Positions 26,204 to 35,354 of a stretch of 38,051 nucleotides of DNA are shown one piece after another. The stretch's first letter is position 1, and every line of letters starts with the position of its first letter. Source of the DNA: Mollicutes bacterium (GTDB lineage Bacteria; Bacillota_I; Bacilli_A; RF39; UBA660); assembly GCA_003559495.1 (NCBI GenBank), contig PWLE01000033.1, positions 1 to 38,051 of the forward strand, given 5' to 3'. Under the pieces are notes generated by a model. It was given only the letters and a program-made list of their open reading frames with translations, was not told the origin of the DNA and ran no database searches. A program made the position numbers and the translations under genes.

Positions 26204-28927
26204 TTACTTTTTAACAATACGATAGCATCTTTGACAAACATCACCTTGCATATTATCTACTTCAAAATAGGCCCAGCAACGTTCACAACGCACGCCAGCA
26301 AATTTTTCCACTTTTATTTGTGAGACTTGATACTCTTCCAATTTTTTATTTGTAAATTCTACTTGTGAAACAATTAAAATTTGTTTTAAACTTTCGCCTA
26401 ATTCCTCAGCAATTTCTAAATATTTACCACTCGTATTAACAAAAACTTTTGCCTCTAAACTTTTTCCAATCACTTTTTCCATGCGCGCTTTTTCTAATGC
26501 TTTATAAATATCAGACTTAAGAGCAAAAAAGTTAGAAAATTTGTCTAAAATTATGTCACTATTTTTATAATTTTCCGGCTTTGGCATACTTTCCAAATGA
26601 ACACTTTTCATCGCACAATCTGGCATTTTTAAATAAACTTCTTCACTCGTATAAGGTGTTATAACACCCATCATTCTGACTAATTTATGTAAAATGTAAT
26701 ATATAACTGTTTGGACACTTCTTCGCTTAAAAGAATTAGCTTTTTCGATATACAAAATGTCCTTTGTGAAGTCAAGATAAAAATTTGATAATGTAAAGTT
26801 TACAAAATTATTAACATCACGATAAACATCTTGAAAATTATTTTTTTCATACGCGATATTAACACGTTTTATTAAGTCATTAAATGTCACTAACATATAT
26901 TGATCAACTAGTGGCATTTTTTCATACTGGACGGCTTCTTTTAAATTAAAATCAAATATATTGCCAAGCATAAAACGATATGTGTTTCTTAATTTACGAT
27001 AATTTTCTTTTATTTGTTCAATCATCTCTTCACTAATTCGCACATCTTCACGATAATCAGTTGAAGCAACCCACAATCTAATAATTTCGGCGCCATTCTT
27101 TTTAATTAATTTTAAAGGATCAACAACATTACCTAATGATTTACTCATCTTATAGCCCTTGCCATCTAAAACAAAGCCATGTGACAAAATTGCTTTGTAA
27201 GGTGCTTGTCCGTGGGCGGCGATACTTGTTATTAATGAAGAATTAAACCACCCACGATATTGATCTGATCCTTCAAGATATAAATCAGCCGGATAAGGCA
27301 GACCCCGTGCTAATAAAACGCCGGTATGTGAAGACCCCGAGTCAAACCAAACATCCATAATATCGGTTTCTTTAGTAAACTTATTATTAGGACTTTTTTT
27401 ATTGCTATAACCAGGGGGCAATAGTTCATTTGCTTCTTTTTCAAACCAAATATTAGAACCATATTTACGGAATAAATCAGCGACATGCATCATTACTTTA
27501 TAATCAGTAATTGGCGAATTATCTTCATTATAAAAAATTGGAATTGGTACTCCCCACACTCGTTGCCGCGAAATACACCAATCTTTTCTTTCATTAATCA
27601 TATTATACATTCTTAACTTGCCCCAACTAGGATCCCAAGCAATATTTTTTTCAATTGCCTCTAACAAAGCCGGCTTTATTTTTTCAATACTACAAAACCA
27701 TTGATCAGTGGCACGAAAAATTACTGGTTTTTTAGTTCGCCAATCATGAGGATATGAATGCGTAATTTTTTCAACATGCAACAAAGCTTTCAATTCTTGT
27801 AAACGTTTCACAATTGCTTCATTAGCTTCTTCATAAAACAAACCAACAAATTCACCGGAAGCTTCTGTTAACACACCATAATCATCAACGCCATTAACCA
27901 TTCCTAAATCATACTCTTGACCAATATAAAAATCTTCTTCACCATAACCTGGTGCGGTATGAACTAAACCTGTCCCAGCATTTAAATTAACATGTTCACC
28001 AACAATTACAGGTAATTCCTTCGCCATAAAACAATGTTGATAAACAACCCCTTCCAAGTCAGAACCCGAAAATTCTTGTTCTATTTGATAATCCTGCCAC
28101 TTAAATATTTTTGCTAATTGTTCTAATAAATCAAAAGCCACCACATAACGCTTATTAGAAACTGAGACAGCGACATATTTTAATTCCGCCGCCACCGCAA
28201 TTGCTAAGTTACCGGGAATTGTCCAAGGTGTCGTCGTCCAAATAACAAGTTGGTCATCTTTTTGCAAGACATTTTTACCATCAACAATCTGAAAACTAAC
28301 ATAAATTGAATAATCTTCACGATCTTGATATTCAATTTCTGCTTCTGCTAAAGCTGACTCACTACTAGGTGACCAATAAACTGGTTTTAATCCTTTAAAT
28401 ATTAAATCTTTTTTCATCATTTCAGCAAAAACTTCAATTTGTTTTGCTTCAAAACTTTTTTCCATAGTGGCATAAGAGTTATCCCACTCACCAATAATAT
28501 TTAACATTTTAAACTGTTCCATTTGATTTTTAATTTGCTCATTAGCAAAATTTTCACAATGCTTACGAAATTCGCTTTTACCTATTTTTTTGCGATCAAC
28601 CCCTTGTTTTGTAACCGCTGTTTCAATGGGCAGGCCGTGAACATCAAACCCTGGAACATAAATAGTTTGATAACCACACAACATTTTATAACGATTAATA
28701 AAATCCTTCAAAATTTTATTTAGGGCATGGCCAATATGAATATCACCATTAGCATATGGCGGTCCATCATGAAGCACAAAAGGTTCATTTATAGCATTTT
28801 TATGCCAAAGTAAATCGTATAAATTCATATCATGCCATTTTTGCCGCATTATACTTTCATTTTCAGGAAGATTTCCCTTCATTTTAAAATCAGTTTGTGG
28901 CATTAATAACGTCTCTTTATATTCCAT
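26204..28927 (-). CDS. ileS: Isoleucine--tRNA ligase (type 1)
   Basis: HDGPPYANGDIHIGH, WTTTPWT, DWCISRQRVWG, KMSKSLGN and C-terminal CERC/CQRC zinc site. Confidence 0.98.
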   Translation of the reverse strand: MEYKETLLMPQTDFKMKGNLPENESIMRQKWHDMNLYDLLWHKNAINEPFVLHDGPPYANGDIHIGHALNKILKDFINRYKMLCGYQTIYVPGFDVHGLPIETAVTKQGVDRKKIGKSEFRKHCENFANEQIKNQMEQFKMLNIIGEWDNSYATMEKSFEAKQIEVFAEMMKKDLIFKGLKPVYWSPSSESALAEAEIEYQDREDYSIYVSFQIVDGKNVLQKDDQLVIWTTTPWTIPGNLAIAVAAELKYVAVSVSNKRYVVAFDLLEQLAKIFKWQDYQIEQEFSGSDLEGVVYQHCFMAKELPVIVGEHVNLNAGTGLVHTAPGYGEEDFYIGQEYDLGMVNGVDDYGVLTEASGEFVGLFYEEANEAIVKRLQELKALLHVEKITHSYPHDWRTKKPVIFRATDQWFCSIEKIKPALLEAIEKNIAWDPSWGKLRMYNMINERKDWCISRQRVWGVPIPIFYNEDNSPITDYKVMMHVADLFRKYGSNIWFEKEANELLPPGYSNKKSPNNKFTKETDIMDVWFDSGSSHTGVLLARGLPYPADLYLEGSDQYRGWFNSSLITSIAAHGQAPYKAILSHGFVLDGKGYKMSKSLGNVVDPLKLIKKNGAEIIRLWVASTDYREDVRISEEMIEQIKENYRKLRNTYRFMLGNIFDFNLKEAVQYEKMPLVDQYMLVTFNDLIKRVNIAYEKNNFQDVYRDVNNFVNFTLSNFYLDFTKDILYIEKANSFKRRSVQTVIYYILHKLVRMMGVITPYTSEEVYLKMPDCAMKSVHLESMPKPENYKNSDIILDKFSNFFALKSDIYKALEKARMEKVIGKSLEAKVFVNTSGKYLEIAEELGESLKQILIVSQVEFTNKKLEEYQVSQIKVEKFAGVRCERCWAYFEVDNMQGDVCQRCYRIVKK

Positions 28928-28949
28928 TTATTATCATCCTCTCTTTAAT

Positions 28950-29153
28950 AAAAAAACTCCTCCTTTGTAAGGACGAGTATTACCCGCGGTACCACCTTAT
29001 TTTATAGACTCTACACACTCTGTACTATAACGCGTTACCGTTTTTACCTTATCAATAAAAAACATCAGAAGTGATCCACATATTACTTGTTTGTTAGTTT
29101 TCAGCAACTACTAACTCTCTTGAAAACAAATTTAATATAACGTCTTCGTCATT
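28950..29153 (-). ncRNA. T-box riboswitch (Ile) upstream of ileS
   Basis: Stem I with AGAGAG and GCTGAAA motifs, specifier ATC (29073-29075), GCGTTA element, T-box AAGGTGGTACCGCG (28985-28998), terminator CTCGTCCTT-aca-AAGGAGGAG plus U tract. Confidence 0.92.
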
Positions 29154-29157
29154 TGTT

Positions 29158-29628
29158 TTATAATTCAATTTTTTCTATATCATCAATAATTTCTATTTGT
29201 GATTCCACGACATCTTTTAAACGACGCTTAAATATTTTAATGTTTCTTCTTAAACTATCAGCATCTCTTTCAACTTTTTCGGCTTTTAAAAGCGCTTCAT
29301 TAACAATCCGGCTAGCATTATTTTTAGCATCGCTAATAATTACTTCACTTTCTCGAATTGCCGAACTTTTCATCTTCTCAGAGGTTTTTTGAGCCATTAA
29401 AATCGCTTGGTTTAAAGTGCTTTCCAAACGTTCATAATGTTGTGTTTTTTCTTGTAAATCTTGGTTTGCTTTTTGCAATTGTTTCTCGGTCTCTTCTAAT
29501 TGCGCAATTTTTTGATCCTTTTTTTTAACATCTTCTATAATTACTTCTACTTGATTAATAACTTGATCTAAAAATTTATTAACTTCCGCCGGATCATAAC
29601 CGCGAAGAGTTCGATTAAACTTCTCCAT
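29158..29628 (-). CDS. divIVA: Cell division protein DivIVA
   Basis: FNRTLRGYDPAEVNKFLD, coiled coil, TLNQAILMAQKT. Located between sepF and ileS. Confidence 0.92.
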   Translation of the reverse strand: MEKFNRTLRGYDPAEVNKFLDQVINQVEVIIEDVKKKDQKIAQLEETEKQLQKANQDLQEKTQHYERLESTLNQAILMAQKTSEKMKSSAIRESEVIISDAKNNASRIVNEALLKAEKVERDADSLRRNIKIFKRRLKDVVESQIEIIDDIEKIEL

Positions 29629-29664
29629 ACTTCACCTCTTTTGATTTTTAATTTATCACACTAA

Positions 29665-30075
29665 TTACCATTCCACGTCAAGGTCTTTATTATCATGAAT
29701 TCCCTTGCCGTCAGAATCATCAGTAATTTTCCCTTGAATATTAATATTATTAGGAGTACATAAGAAAATACCACCACCAATTTTTTGAATATTGCCACTA
29801 ACAGCATAAATAGTACCACTTAAAAAATCAATAATACGTTTCGCTTGTTCTGGAGTCACCCGCTTTAAATTAACAACAACCGTATTACGACTGCGAATAT
29901 AATCAGCAATTTGTTGCGCTTCCGAAAAAGCACGGGGCTCGAGCAATATCATTTTGCCACCATCTTCTTCTTCTAATACTTGCTCTGGTGTTACAGTATA
30001 ATAACCATCCGCAATATTATCAGGTGAATGCAAATCAGATTCTTCACCTTTTAATAAATCTTTAAAAAATCCCAT
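29665..30075 (-). CDS. sepF: Cell division protein SepF
   Basis: EPRAFSEAQQIAD, VVVNL, AKRIIDFLSGTIYA and IFLCTP. Confidence 0.94.
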   Translation of the reverse strand: MGFFKDLLKGEESDLHSPDNIADGYYTVTPEQVLEEEDGGKMILLEPRAFSEAQQIADYIRSRNTVVVNLKRVTPEQAKRIIDFLSGTIYAVSGNIQKIGGGIFLCTPNNINIQGKITDDSDGKGIHDNKDLDVEW

Positions 30076-30175
30076 CTTACCCTCCTAAATCTTTAATTAT
30101 TTTAATTTTACCATAAAAAATAAGAAAAAGAAATAATTTTTTATAATTAACACTTTTCGCAGTCAAAAAACTTCA

Positions 30176-31537
30176 CTAATATTTTATTTTTTCTTGCACA
30201 TAAGCCTCAATTTCATCGATAGCAATGGTTTCTTGCGACATTGTATCACGATCACGAATTGTTACTGTATTATTATTTAGCGTCTCATCATCAATAGTAA
30301 CCGCCATTGGCGTTCCAATCGCATCAGCACGACGATATCTTCTGCCAATATTACCTGTTTCATCATAAGAAGTCATAAAACTTTTTGCTAATTTTTGATA
30401 AATTTCAAAAGCTTTTTCACTATGATTCTTTTTCATAAGGGGCAAAACAGCAACTTTATAAGGCGCCAAAAAGGGATGTATTTTTAATACTAAGCGCGTT
30501 TCTTCCGCTAATTTTTCTTCATAAAAAGCATCACAAAGAAATGCTAAAAACATCCGATCTGCTCCTAAACTCGGTTCAATAACATATGGAATGTATTTTT
30601 TTTCTGTTTCGGGATCAAAATATTCCATACTTTGCTTTGAAAATTCCTGATGTTTTTTCAAATCATAATCCGTCCTAGAAGCAATCCCCCACAATTCTTC
30701 TAAACCAAAAGGATATTGATAATCAATATCAGTTGTTGCATCACTATAATGACTTAGTTCATCTTTACTATGGTCACGCAAATTAATATTTTCTTTTTTC
30801 AAACCTAATTCTAACAACCAATTATAACAAAAATCCTTCCAATATTGAAACCACTCTTTTTCACTTCCTGGTTGGCAAAAAAACTCTAATTCCATTTGTT
30901 CAAATTCACGCGTTCGAAAAATAAAATTACCCGGCGTAATTTCATTACGAAAACTTTTTCCAATTTGACCAATGCCAAACGGAACTTTCAAACGCATTGT
31001 TCGCTGCACATTTAAGAAATTAACAAAAATTCCTTGTGCTGTTTCAGGACGTAAAAATATTGTATTTGCCTTTTCTTCGGTAACACCTTGAAAAGTTTTA
31101 AACATTAAATTAAATTGCCTAATATCGGTGAAACTAGCATCCCCACAAGCCGGACATTTTATTTCTTTTTCTTTTATAAAATCTAACATTTTCGCATTCG
31201 ACCAACCATCGACTTCCACATCATGCTTATTAGTAATTAAATGATCAGCACGATGACGTGTTTTACACTTGCGACAATCTGTTAGTGGATCACTAAAACC
31301 ACTTAAATGACCACTTGCTTCCCAAGTAGTTGGATTCATTAAAATTGCGGCGTCCATACCAACATTATAAGTATTTTCTTGAATAAATTTTTGCCACCAA
31401 GCCTTTTTAATATTGTTTTTCAGTTCTACTCCTAAAGGTCCGTAATCCCATGTATTAGCAAGACCTCCATAAATTTCACTTCCTTGAAAAACAAAACCAT
31501 ATTGTTTAGCATAATTAACAATTTTTTCAAACTTCAT
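30176..31537 (-). CDS. glyQS: Glycine--tRNA ligase (alpha2 type)
   Basis: [44 protein letters not shown] and IEPSLGADR. True start ATG 31537 with RBS AAGGAGG; the ORF-track extension lies in the leader. Confidence 0.96.
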   Translation of the reverse strand: MKFEKIVNYAKQYGFVFQGSEIYGGLANTWDYGPLGVELKNNIKKAWWQKFIQENTYNVGMDAAILMNPTTWEASGHLSGFSDPLTDCRKCKTRHRADHLITNKHDVEVDGWSNAKMLDFIKEKEIKCPACGDASFTDIRQFNLMFKTFQGVTEEKANTIFLRPETAQGIFVNFLNVQRTMRLKVPFGIGQIGKSFRNEITPGNFIFRTREFEQMELEFFCQPGSEKEWFQYWKDFCYNWLLELGLKKENINLRDHSKDELSHYSDATTDIDYQYPFGLEELWGIASRTDYDLKKHQEFSKQSMEYFDPETEKKYIPYVIEPSLGADRMFLAFLCDAFYEEKLAEETRLVLKIHPFLAPYKVAVLPLMKKNHSEKAFEIYQKLAKSFMTSYDETGNIGRRYRRADAIGTPMAVTIDDETLNNNTVTIRDRDTMSQETIAIDEIEAYVQEKIKY

Positions 31538-31544
31538 ATTAATC

Positions 31545-31697
31545 CTCCTTATTTTTTTCTCTTTATTAAAAAAACTTCTAGAACAATTGTAAGGACGAGA
31601 CAATTCCCGCGGTTCCACCCTACTTATTCTAAAAGAATCTCTTTTTACATATTGCTCGGAGTTGCCAACCTCTTCAACGCATTATTTGATAAATCAT
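31545..31697 (-). ncRNA. Miniature T-box riboswitch (Gly) upstream of glyQS
   Basis: Ultrashort Stem I TGCGTTGAAGAG-gttGGCaa-CTCCGAGCA (31653-31681) with GGC at 31664-31666, Stem III ATTCT-ttt-AGAAT, antiterminator AGGGTGGAACCGCG (31608-31621)...CGTCCTT. Confidence 0.85.
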
Positions 31698-31703
31698 AAA
31701 CAA

Positions 31704-31732
31704 AGTATACTACAAACTCTTTAACTTGTCAA
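31704..31732 (-). promoter_or_regulatory. SigA promoter of the glyQS leader
   Basis: TTGACA (31727-31732), 17 nt spacer, TATACT (31704-31709). Confidence 0.8.
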
Positions 31733-31868
31733 TTAATAAAAGATATTAATTACTGTTAAAAAACTCTTTATAAAAACCAAATGATGCTCTATTGCAAAAT
31801 GTTTTATAACTCCCAAGCCCCAAAATTTTTTATAGTTTCACACAATAACTCCATGCAATATAACAGCT

Positions 31869-31897
31869 ACTATAAAACTTTTTTTTATTTTTGTCAA
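31869..31897 (-). promoter_or_regulatory. Second SigA-type promoter in the recO-glyQS intergenic region
   Basis: TTGACA (31892-31897), 17 nt spacer, TATAGT (31869-31874). Confidence 0.65.
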
Positions 31898-31909
31898 TTA
31901 AAAATTACT

Positions 31910-32650
31910 TTATTCTAATTCACTTATTTTATTTAAAAACTCATCACTACGCATAAAAATTCCCGTATAATCACGATAATATTGCTCTAAAAATTTATTA
32001 ATTTCTTTTTTTACATTCGCTTGAATATTAATTTTACTTATTTTTTTTATATCAACATAACAAAGCATTCGTAACATTTTAATTGTTTTTTTATCATATA
32101 TGTCCTCATCTTCATAACATTGATAACAAACATAACCACCACGACGCACTGATAATGTTTTTATTCCTTTGACACTTTGACACAAAACACAATTATCAAC
32201 TACTGGTGCCACCCCTAAATAATTTAAAAAACGTAATTTTAATATTAAAGTTACTACCAAAGGATCAAAACCAGCCGCAATTTTTTCTAAAGCATTAAGT
32301 ACTTGCTTTAAAATATCCTTTTCTTTACTTTCCTTGTATACTTGTTCCGCTAAATCTAAAATAAATAATGCATAACTAATTTTAATAATATCATTGCGAA
32401 TGCCAAAGAAACTATCAATTAAATCAACTTCCTTTAAAATCGATAATTTTTTTTCTTTATAATAAAGATAAAAATTACCATAAGTTAATTTTTGGCTAAC
32501 ATTACAAAAAGGACTTTTAATATTACGACTTCCTTTGGCGATAACGCCGATTATACCATAATCAGCCGTTAAAAGATTTAAAATTCGACTACTTTCACCA
32601 TAATCAAAATCACTTATAATAATACCGGATACTTTCTTAATTTCCGCCAT
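31910..32650 (-). CDS. recO: DNA repair protein RecO
   Basis: DYGESSRILNLLT..YGII.VIAKG, zinc motif CVLC...CYQC. Follows era. Confidence 0.92.
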   Translation of the reverse strand: MAEIKKVSGIIISDFDYGESSRILNLLTADYGIIGVIAKGSRNIKSPFCNVSQKLTYGNFYLYYKEKKLSILKEVDLIDSFFGIRNDIIKISYALFILDLAEQVYKESKEKDILKQVLNALEKIAAGFDPLVVTLILKLRFLNYLGVAPVVDNCVLCQSVKGIKTLSVRRGGYVCYQCYEDEDIYDKKTIKMLRMLCYVDIKKISKINIQANVKKEINKFLEQYYRDYTGIFMRSDEFLNKISELE

Positions 32651-33518
32651 AGCCCAGTTCCTTTAATTTATCCTTTTTTTCGCGCCATTTTTTAATCACT
32701 TTTACATATAATTGCAAATAAACTTTATCATTTAATAAAGCTTCAATTTCCTCACGCGCTAAAGTTCCAATTTTTTTAATCATCGCTCCTTGACGCCCTA
32801 ATATTATTTTTTTTAATGAAGTGCGATCAACAATAATCAAAGCATCAATAATCGTTTTATTTTGTGTCTTACGCATATTTTCTACTAAACAGGTAATACT
32901 ATGAGGAACTTCTTCTTTTGTTAAAAACAAAACCTTCTCCCTAATTATTTCCCCAACCATAAATTCTAATGAACGATTCGTTACTTGCTCTTTTGGATAA
33001 TAAGGAATATCATCATTTAGATGCTGTTTAACAACTTGCAAAAAACTATCAAAGTTTTCTTTTTTTAATCCCGAAATAGGAATTATCGCCGCAAAATCAT
33101 ATAACTTTTGATACTCATCAATCTTTAACAAAATTTCATCTTTTTTTATCTTGTCAATTTTATTAAGTCCTAAAATAACTGGTCTATTTTTTTGCTTCAA
33201 AACATCAATAATTCGTTGATCCCCTTTTCCTAATTTCGCACTAGCATCAACTAAAAAGAAAACAACATCCGCCTCTTTTAAACTTTGATAAGCCGTTTGG
33301 TTTAAAACTTCGCCTAATTGATGCTTTGGCTTATGAATTCCTGGTGTATCAACAAAAACAATTTGATAATCTTCTTCATGATAAACACCATGAATAAAAT
33401 GGCGTGTCGTTCCTGGCTTATCAGAAATAATCGCCACTTTACTAGCTAAAAAATTATTTAAAAAAGTTGATTTACCAACATTCGGACGACCAACAATTGC
33501 TACAAACCCTGATTTCAT
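32637..33518 (-). CDS. era: GTPase Era
   Basis: MKSGFVAIVGRPNVGKST, DTPGIHKP, NKID and KH domain (EEVPHS). Confidence 0.96.
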   Translation of the reverse strand: MKSGFVAIVGRPNVGKSTFLNNFLASKVAIISDKPGTTRHFIHGVYHEEDYQIVFVDTPGIHKPKHQLGEVLNQTAYQSLKEADVVFFLVDASAKLGKGDQRIIDVLKQKNRPVILGLNKIDKIKKDEILLKIDEYQKLYDFAAIIPISGLKKENFDSFLQVVKQHLNDDIPYYPKEQVTNRSLEFMVGEIIREKVLFLTKEEVPHSITCLVENMRKTQNKTIIDALIIVDRTSLKKIILGRQGAMIKKIGTLAREEIEALLNDKVYLQLYVKVIKKWREKKDKLKELGYGGN

Positions 33519-33895
33519 GACAAATCCTTTTTTGTAAATGGATTAACAATAATATCACTCATTTTATAATGTCGCGTTTCACCATCAGCCATTAAAATTA
33601 AGTCACAAAACGGATCAAAAAATTCAACAATACTTTGCCGACATAAAAAACAAGGAAACGAAACTTGTGGTTTTTCAACCAAAACCGTTAAAGAAGCAAA
33701 ATCACCTTTGCGATAGCCCGCTTTAACAGCACTATTTATAGCATTTCTTTCCGCACAAATAGTGCCCCCAAAAGAAGCATTTTCAACATTAACACCATAA
33801 AATTTCTGACCATTTTGTAATGTCACGCAAGCTGCTACCCGAAAATCAGAATAAGGTGCATAAGCATTTTTTATAATTTCTCTTAAATTTTCCAT
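33515..33895 (-). CDS. cdd: Cytidine deaminase
   Basis: AYAPYSDFRV, NVENAS, CAERNA and PCFLCRQ. Confidence 0.95.
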   Translation of the reverse strand: MENLREIIKNAYAPYSDFRVAACVTLQNGQKFYGVNVENASFGGTICAERNAINSAVKAGYRKGDFASLTVLVEKPQVSFPCFLCRQSIVEFFDPFCDLILMADGETRHYKMSDIIVNPFTKKDLS

Positions 33896-33907
33896 TTTCC
33901 CTCCTAT

Positions 33908-34300
33908 TTAAAATAATAGTTCAATAATTTTAGGAATAAAAATAATGCCGCCGCCAATTAAAGACAACATTGAATAAATAAAAACCGAGGCGGAAGCTAA
34001 ATCTTTCGCATATTTTGCTAATTCATGATATTCAGGCGATGCTAAATCCACTACCGCTTCAATCGCTGTGTTAATCAATTCAGCTCCTAATACTAAAACA
34101 ATCAAAATAACAACAATTAACCATTCCATAGCACTAATATCAAGCCAAAATCCAGCGATAACAGCAGCCGTAGTAATTACTAAATGAATCCACATACTTT
34201 GTTCATCACGATACGCTATCTTCAGTCCCTGAATCGAATATTTAAAAGATAGCAAAAAACGCCTAATTCCTTTCTTTTTTGTCTCATTTCGAAATACCAT
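33908..34300 (-). CDS. dgkA: Diacylglycerol/undecaprenol kinase family protein
   Basis: SFKYSIQGL and ELINTAIEAVVDL....HELAKYAKD. Confidence 0.92.
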   Translation of the reverse strand: MVFRNETKKKGIRRFLLSFKYSIQGLKIAYRDEQSMWIHLVITTAAVIAGFWLDISAMEWLIVVILIVLVLGAELINTAIEAVVDLASPEYHELAKYAKDLASASVFIYSMLSLIGGGIIFIPKIIELLF

Positions 34301-34721
34301 ATTTCATCAAAACCTCCTTTTGTTTTTGAAACATAATTTCTTTATCTTTCTCATTTTCATGGGTCCATCCCAACAAATGATAAAAGCCATGCAACATTAA
34401 ATTTGCCAATTCTTCTATTAACTCACACCCGGCTTCCGTAGCTTGTTTTTTTGCTTGCGGAACTGATATATAAATATCACCCAATAAACGAATGGGCGGG
34501 TTTATTTGATCTTCTTTATTTTCTAATGCAAATGCTAAAACATCGGTGGTTTTATTTTTTTGCCGATATTGATAATTTAAACCTCTCATTTGTTCATCAT
34601 TAACTAAAACAACACTAAAACTCACATTATCTAACTCTTCAAAAGCAACGGCAAAATTTATTAATTTTTCTAATTCAAACTCCTTTAAATCTTCCTTCGT
34701 TAAATTATTAATTTTTATCAT
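34284..34721 (-). CDS. ybeY: rRNA maturation endoribonuclease YbeY
   Basis: LNYQYRQKNKTTDVLAF, LGDIYIS and HGFYHLLGWTH. Likely start ATG 34721 (ATGA overlap with the VanZ-family gene). Confidence 0.92.
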   Translation of the reverse strand: MIKINNLTKEDLKEFELEKLINFAVAFEELDNVSFSVVLVNDEQMRGLNYQYRQKNKTTDVLAFALENKEDQINPPIRLLGDIYISVPQAKKQATEAGCELIEELANLMLHGFYHLLGWTHENEKDKEIMFQKQKEVLMKYGISK

Positions 34722-35245
34722 TTTAAGCACTTCCTTCCGGCAATCCTTCTGCCAATATCATAAATATAAAAACCAACCCCCGCTCCAATAACATTTAAAA
34801 GAATATCATCAACATCAAAAACGCGACCAATAAAAAATTGCGTTATTTCAATGCTTAAAGATAAAATGAAACCTAATAATAAAACCAAATATGGTTTTTT
34901 TAATTTAAAATAATATGTTAAATATAGTCCAAAAGGAATAAACATGACTATATTACCTAAAATATTACGAAAAAACAAGGAACTACCAACTTCATAACGT
35001 AATATTTCACGGAAAAAATTTAAATTATAAGTTGACCAATCAACATCATGAAAAGTAACAACATGAAATATCATTAACACATATACTAAAAAAACAAAAC
35101 TAATAATGTCATTAAACAAATTGAATTTTTTTTTATTTATAATAATATCAGTAATTCTAATCGAGATTAAAACAACCGATAAAATAACTAGCATCGGCCA
35201 AATTTGTTTAAACACTAAAATAATTGTTTCCAGAAACACTGACAA
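34718..35245 (-). CDS. VanZ family membrane protein
   Basis: NILGNIVMFIPFG and SLSIEITQFFIGRVFDVDDILLNVIG. Confidence 0.88.
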   Translation of the reverse strand: MSVFLETIILVFKQIWPMLVILSVVLISIRITDIIINKKKFNLFNDIISFVFLVYVLMIFHVVTFHDVDWSTYNLNFFREILRYEVGSSLFFRNILGNIVMFIPFGLYLTYYFKLKKPYLVLLLGFILSLSIEITQFFIGRVFDVDDILLNVIGAGVGFYIYDIGRRIAGRKCLK

Positions 35246-35262
35246 TCGCCTCCAATAGTTTA

Positions 35263-35330
35263 ATTTTACTACTTTTTTACAAAAGATTCAATCTTTTTCT
35301 TTTTGTTCTTGTTATTATATATGATATAAT
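35263..35330. promoter_or_regulatory. Divergent promoters for the vanZ-recO operon and murT-gatD
   Basis: Minus strand TTGAAT (35286-35291), 17 nt spacer, TAAAAT (35263-35268). Plus strand TGATATAAT (35322-35330). Confidence 0.55.
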
Positions 35331-35354
35331 TTAATTAACTATTAGGGAGGAAAT

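Noticed and set aside
31538-31618. 27-aa N-terminal extension of GlyRS in the ORF track
   Set aside because: The GTG is part of the T-box sequence. The real start is ATG 31537 with a strong SD.
31800-31860. GCATGGAGTT resemblance to a fluoride riboswitch
   Set aside because: The pseudoknot partner (GACTCC-like) and the P1 stem are missing, and no fluoride-related gene follows.
34345-34395. YbeY motif HGFYHLLGWTH differs from the usual HGxLHLLGYDH
   Set aside because: All three zinc-binding His residues are kept, so it is not counted as a pseudoenzyme.
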